Shown here: piece by piece, positions 60,673 through 64,000 of the stretch
Numbering within the stretch: the first letter of the stretch is position 1
Layout: every line of letters begins with the position of its first letter
Origin: an uncultured Ignavibacteriota bacterium
GTDB taxonomy: Bacteria; Bacteroidota; Ignavibacteria; UBA10030; UBA8401
Length of the DNA stretch: 64,000 bases
Direction: 5' to 3'
Assembly (NCBI GenBank): GCA_903861125.1
Contig: CAIOTF010000038.1
Coordinates: 78,060-142,059 of the forward strand
Program-made: the position numbers and the translations under genes
Notes under the pieces: generated by a model
Databases searched by the model: none
Told to the model about the DNA's origin: nothing
Seen by the model: the letters and a program-made list of their open reading frames with translations, nothing else

Positions 60673-61286
60673 TCAGGAATTCCTTTGTTCGTTGTACACG
60701 ATGTCTCGAAAATTTTCAATGCGGGATTTATTTGAAGCGAATTCCTTTTGATCACTTCGGGATCGGAGTTGACATAGGGGACAAGGTCAATCTTGTTCAC
60801 TATCAGCACCGATGAATGGTGAAACATTCCCGGATACTTCAGCGGCTTGTCGTCACCTTCGGTCGTGCTGACAATAACAACTTTCAATGCTTCTCCGAGG
60901 TCGTAATTTGCCGGACAGACAAGATTGCCCACATTCTCGATCACAAGCAGATCGATATTCGACAGGTCAAAATTGGAAAGCGCATCATTCACCAGTTTCG
61001 CTTCAAGATGGCAGCCCCCGTTCGTGACAATCTGCACTACCGGCACATTAAATTTTGCGATGCGCTGTGCATCAAGGTCCGTCTGCACATCTCCTTCGAT
61101 GATCGCAACACGCAATGATGTCCCGAAATATTTCAGGGTCTGTTCAAGCACGCTCGTCTTCCCGGAACCGGGAGAACTGACAACATTGATCACAAAAAGA
61201 GCGTGCTTTGCAAACAGATCGCGGTTGCGCCGCGCGAGATCGTCGTTCTTTTCGAGGACTTTTCGTTCGATGGTCAGTACACTCAT
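60627..61286 (-). CDS. hypB: Hydrogenase nickel-incorporation GTPase HypB (no His-rich N-terminal stretch).
   Basis: P-loop GSPGSGKT, a CH motif (GGCHLEA) and a G-domain. 219 aa. Confidence 0.92.
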   Translation of the reverse strand: MSVLTIERKVLEKNDDLARRNRDLFAKHALFVINVVSSPGSGKTSVLEQTLKYFGTSLRVAIIEGDVQTDLDAQRIAKFNVPVVQIVTNGGCHLEAKLVNDALSNFDLSNIDLLVIENVGNLVCPANYDLGEALKVVIVSTTEGDDKPLKYPGMFHHSSVLIVNKIDLVPYVNSDPEVIKRNSLQINPALKIFETSCTTNKGIPEWCEWLRSQTKKRAV

Positions 61287-61645
61287 GTCTGCTCCTGTTG
61301 CATATCTTCCAATTCAATATCTTTCATTTGAAGTTCCCTTCCGGAAATTATTTCAGTATTGGTACTATTGCACAACGCGCATGCCACAACACCATCCTCG
61401 CTCACAGACTCCTGCATGCATTCCCTGCAACGTACCATAAACGGTATCCGTTCCAACGTAAGAAATGAATGTTCCAAATCCGTTCCCGCCGTGATCGCCT
61501 GATAAGAAAATTCCAGCGAGTCGGGAACAATTCCGGAGAACGTACCGACGTTAACGCGAACGGACCGCACGGCGTGCAGTTGTTCTTGTCCAACATACTG
61601 ATGAACAATATCGACTATACTTTCAGCAATGGATAATTCGTGCAT
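61283..61645 (-). CDS. hypA: Hydrogenase nickel-insertion protein HypA.
   Basis: MHELSIAESIV N-terminus (MHE nickel site) and a CxxC-x12-CxxC zinc site. 120 aa. Confidence 0.92.
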   Translation of the reverse strand: MHELSIAESIVDIVHQYVGQEQLHAVRSVRVNVGTFSGIVPDSLEFSYQAITAGTDLEHSFLTLERIPFMVRCRECMQESVSEDGVVACALCNSTNTEIISGRELQMKDIELEDMQQEQT

Positions 61646-61920
61646 TTGGTTCCATTATACATTCATCCGGAAAGAAACTGCGTAACTAATCTTGTTCAAG
61701 AATAATGAAACATTTGCAGAGTTACAATTATTATCTGATGGTATACAGTGCGACATTATTACATCAAATGGTGCGATCGATCTACGATTGATAGGACGAT
61801 CTTGAAGGGATGCATATGTCTTTTGCGGATTTACTCACCGTAAATAAAATATTACTTTGCAGAACGTGAGTTATTTTTGCAGAGAATGCAAAATTGCAGA
61901 AATATCGTGCCGCCGTTTTT

Positions 61921-62625
61921 TTATAAACCAAAAAAACGGATGGCAATGCCGCACATGAGAATTGCAAAGCCTCCCAGTGCGTGACTGTACTGTTCCATTT
62001 TTTTTATCGATACAAACGACAAGCCGTATAATGCTCCGAAAACGACTGTGAGCATTGTGCCGATCGTTACGATGCTGAACACAACACAGACAAGAACAAC
62101 GTCGGAGATAGTTCCCCGGGCTGCCGGGTACATCAATATAGGGATCAACGGTTCACACGGACCAAAAACAAAGATCGTAAAAAGGAGCCATATGCGCATG
62201 GCAGAACGCTGTTCCTGGTGTTTATGAACTGCTTCATGATCGTGTGCATGCACCTCCATCGTTCCATCTGAATGGATGTGCGAGTGCGAGTGAGGTTTGT
62301 TCAGCATGGCATTCCGAATTCCCCATACCAAATAGAGCAGTCCGAAAATGATCAATAACCACCCGGCAACATCACCGCGGTATGACTCGATCGATTGAAG
62401 ATGGAACACAGTATACCCAAACGCAATTCCGATGAATCCGAGTAGCATGGTACTGCCGACATGTCCTAATCCGCACAGAATGGTCACCCATACCGTCTTC
62501 ACTTTGGACCAGTTCCCCGCTTTGGACATGGCGATAAATGGTATATAATGGTCAGGACCGAGAAGGGTATGCAGAAAACCTACCGATGCGGCGGTGAACA
62601 GTATAACAGAGAGTTCGTTGGACAT
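61921..62625 (-). CDS. NicO-family (HupE/UreJ/RcnA-like) nickel/cobalt transporter with His-rich loop.
   Basis: About 6 TM helices. The first TM carries an HTLLGPDH signature (H-x5-DH). The central loop is HSHSHIHSDGTMEVHAHDHEAVHKHQEQ. Located next to hyp genes. Confidence 0.65.
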   Translation of the reverse strand: MSNELSVILFTAASVGFLHTLLGPDHYIPFIAMSKAGNWSKVKTVWVTILCGLGHVGSTMLLGFIGIAFGYTVFHLQSIESYRGDVAGWLLIIFGLLYLVWGIRNAMLNKPHSHSHIHSDGTMEVHAHDHEAVHKHQEQRSAMRIWLLFTIFVFGPCEPLIPILMYPAARGTISDVVLVCVVFSIVTIGTMLTVVFGALYGLSFVSIKKMEQYSHALGGFAILMCGIAIRFFGL

Positions 62626-62664
62626 TGGGAACCTTCGGAAAATATTCAGTGCCTGAAATACACC

Positions 62665-63129
62665 TTATTTTTTTTCAACAATCTTTTTCACCATCTGAAC
62701 GATAGCCGGAATTGTCTGCGCAATCTCAGGCGACAAGTCCATAACCATCGAGCGAATCTCACGGATCGAGATTACGATCAGATAGATCTTCGGAAGCGGT
62801 GCCGACAAGATCGCCGTTTCGATCAGATCACGCAGACCGATGTCGTGCGCCGAAAGTGTTCTCGGAAAATCCGATGCAAAACGGGGCTCAATCAATCGAA
62901 CAGTCCCGACCGGCTCTTCATCCATGGTTGCATCGATGAGGATCAACGGATCGTAATCATGGAAAAATGACAGGAGATGAAATCCGCCGGTGCCGCCGTC
63001 AATAAGATGAACGTTCTCCGGAAAATTTTCCTTCAACAGCACTTCGATCGCATGAACGCCGACACCTTCGTCACCCATCAGGTAATTGCCGATACCAAGA
63101 ACCAGTGTCTCTTTTTTTTCACTCATCAA
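62665..63129 (-). CDS. Hydrogenase maturation endopeptidase (HyaD/HybD/HycI family).
   Basis: 154 aa with LVLGIGNYLMGDEGVGVHA (compare E. coli HyaD LGLGNLLWADEGFGVRV) and conserved D/H metal ligands. Confidence 0.85.
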   Translation of the reverse strand: MMSEKKETLVLGIGNYLMGDEGVGVHAIEVLLKENFPENVHLIDGGTGGFHLLSFFHDYDPLILIDATMDEEPVGTVRLIEPRFASDFPRTLSAHDIGLRDLIETAILSAPLPKIYLIVISIREIRSMVMDLSPEIAQTIPAIVQMVKKIVEKK

Positions 63130-63935
63130 TTATGTTTTTTCTCCGGCTTTGGCCGGGATTTATTTTCGACATCAATATTCAGCCGAAATTTCTTTTCAAT
63201 GGGTAGATAGTTTTGAAGCTGCCGGGCAACAATCAGTCCCCCTTCATGCTCGGGAATAACGACCTGATCCACTCCGGCATTCTTCATTGCTTCGGCATAC
63301 CGGACCTGACCGGCACGGCAGATCACCTTCACATCCGGATTCAATGCCTTGGCTGTAATACTGATGTACAAATTATCGGCATCATTATCAATCAGTACAC
63401 ACAAGGAACTTGCTTTATCGATCCGTGCGCTCATCAAAACATCGCGGCGCTTTGCACTTCCATTCAGCACCAGTATCCCTTCTTTTGCCAATTCGGAACA
63501 AAGACCTTCATTGGTCTCTATCAGCACAAACGGATTTTTTGCCTTAATAAGCTGGTCGATCACCGTTCTGCCGACTTGTCCGTAACCGCAGATGACTGAA
63601 TGGTTCTTTAATCGGGATATTTTTAGGTCATTCACGCGTGCACTCCATATTTTTGTTGCTTCCTTGTTAAAAATACTCATCAGCAGCCGTTCCACAATCC
63701 AAATCTGGAAGAACAGCACACCAACAAAGACCACAACAGCAAAGAGTTTCGTGCTGTCGCGGCATGTTTCCGGGATCGCGTGGGGATGCGTTATCCAATA
63801 AAAACCTTCCACCCACGACACGCCTTCGGCGTTAACATAGTACGCTGTTACGCCTGCAACAAATACTCCCATCGACAACAGTGGTGTAAAAAAAGATCGA
63901 ATAATTGTCCAGACAAGAACACCGGATGATTTCAT
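63126..63935 (-). CDS. Ion-channel-like membrane protein with C-terminal RCK/TrkA-N NAD-binding domain (no canonical K+ selectivity filter).
   Basis: Two N-terminal TM helices around a pore-like loop lacking T[VI]GYG, then GYGQVGRTV Rossmann-type RCK domain. 269 aa. Overlaps the downstream protease gene by 4 nt. Confidence 0.6.
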   Translation of the reverse strand: MKSSGVLVWTIIRSFFTPLLSMGVFVAGVTAYYVNAEGVSWVEGFYWITHPHAIPETCRDSTKLFAVVVFVGVLFFQIWIVERLLMSIFNKEATKIWSARVNDLKISRLKNHSVICGYGQVGRTVIDQLIKAKNPFVLIETNEGLCSELAKEGILVLNGSAKRRDVLMSARIDKASSLCVLIDNDADNLYISITAKALNPDVKVICRAGQVRYAEAMKNAGVDQVVIPEHEGGLIVARQLQNYLPIEKKFRLNIDVENKSRPKPEKKHN

Positions 63936-64000
63936 ACTGTTGCGATAAAATTCAAATAGAATATATACTGTTCCCGACCGTTAAGATTAACCGCACAACG

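Noticed and set aside
58354-61286. A 46-nt overlap between the hypF and hypB ORFs, a 41-nt overlap of usp (21274..21834) with the cNMP-binding gene, and a 44-nt overlap of nuoJ/nuoI in the ORF track.
   Set aside because: Most likely an artefact of taking the longest ORF. In nuoJ a downstream Met right after the nuoI stop is the real start. hypF and usp probably initiate at internal or non-ATG codons. This is not evidence of unusual overlap biology.
61921-61950. AT-rich perfect hairpin CCGTTTTTTT/AAAAAAACGG as a terminator for the nickel transporter gene.
   Set aside because: The stem is almost entirely A/T and overlaps the stop codon, so its stability is doubtful. It is kept only as part of the regulatory-region finding.
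1-64000. Scan for CRISPR arrays, tRNA/rRNA genes, IS elements, integrases and phage genes.
   Set aside because: No regularly spaced direct repeats, no cloverleaf-like conserved tRNA signatures in the few >150-bp intergenic regions, and no transposase or integrase-like ORFs. The window appears to be stable core chromosome.

Overview
This 64-kb window looks like core chromosome of a low-to-mid GC bacterium of the Bacteroidota/Ignavibacteriota/Chlorobiota group. That assignment is an inference from gene content: an 11-subunit nuo operon, a Bacteroides-type bat aerotolerance operon, a TonB/ExbBD module and SusD-free TPR-rich envelope genes. Almost every gene is on the minus strand. In minus-strand transcriptional order (coordinates descending) the window contains:
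- A K+-channel-like RCK protein, a hydrogenase maturation endopeptidase, a NicO-family nickel transporter and hypABFCDE. There are no hydrogenase structural genes in the window.
- A moxR-DUF58-batABCDE aerotolerance operon.
- An SRPBCC protein, a secreted protein with four ~100-aa tandem internal repeats of an unrecognised domain, and transketolase.
- A membrane protein, a type I phosphodiesterase-family enzyme, and a P-loop-like gene interrupted by an in-frame TAA.
- A large TPR protein, an outer-membrane beta-barrel, a SPOR-domain protein, exbB, exbD and tonB.
- A glycosylation-type mini-locus (PMT-like TPR membrane protein, CorC/CNNM and WbaP-like sugar transferase on the plus strand).
- A compact Spt-like alpha-oxoamine synthase + GNAT-fold N-acyltransferase + divergent SDR reductase triad. 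This is a candidate ceramide/sulfonolipid-type lipid locus; kbl-tdh is the alternative reading.
- ilvE, a cNMP-binding protein, a universal stress protein and a YfgM-like TPR protein.
- nuoABCDHIJKLMN.
- birA-coaX on the plus strand.
- dnaK, serA, a secreted trypsin-fold protein with both catalytic His and Ser substituted, clpB, and a partial gene at the left edge.

I saw no rRNA, tRNA, CRISPR array or mobile element. Several rho-independent terminators and a few candidate regulatory repeats are noted. Most short plus-strand ORFs in the six-frame track are antisense shadows of the long minus-strand genes.
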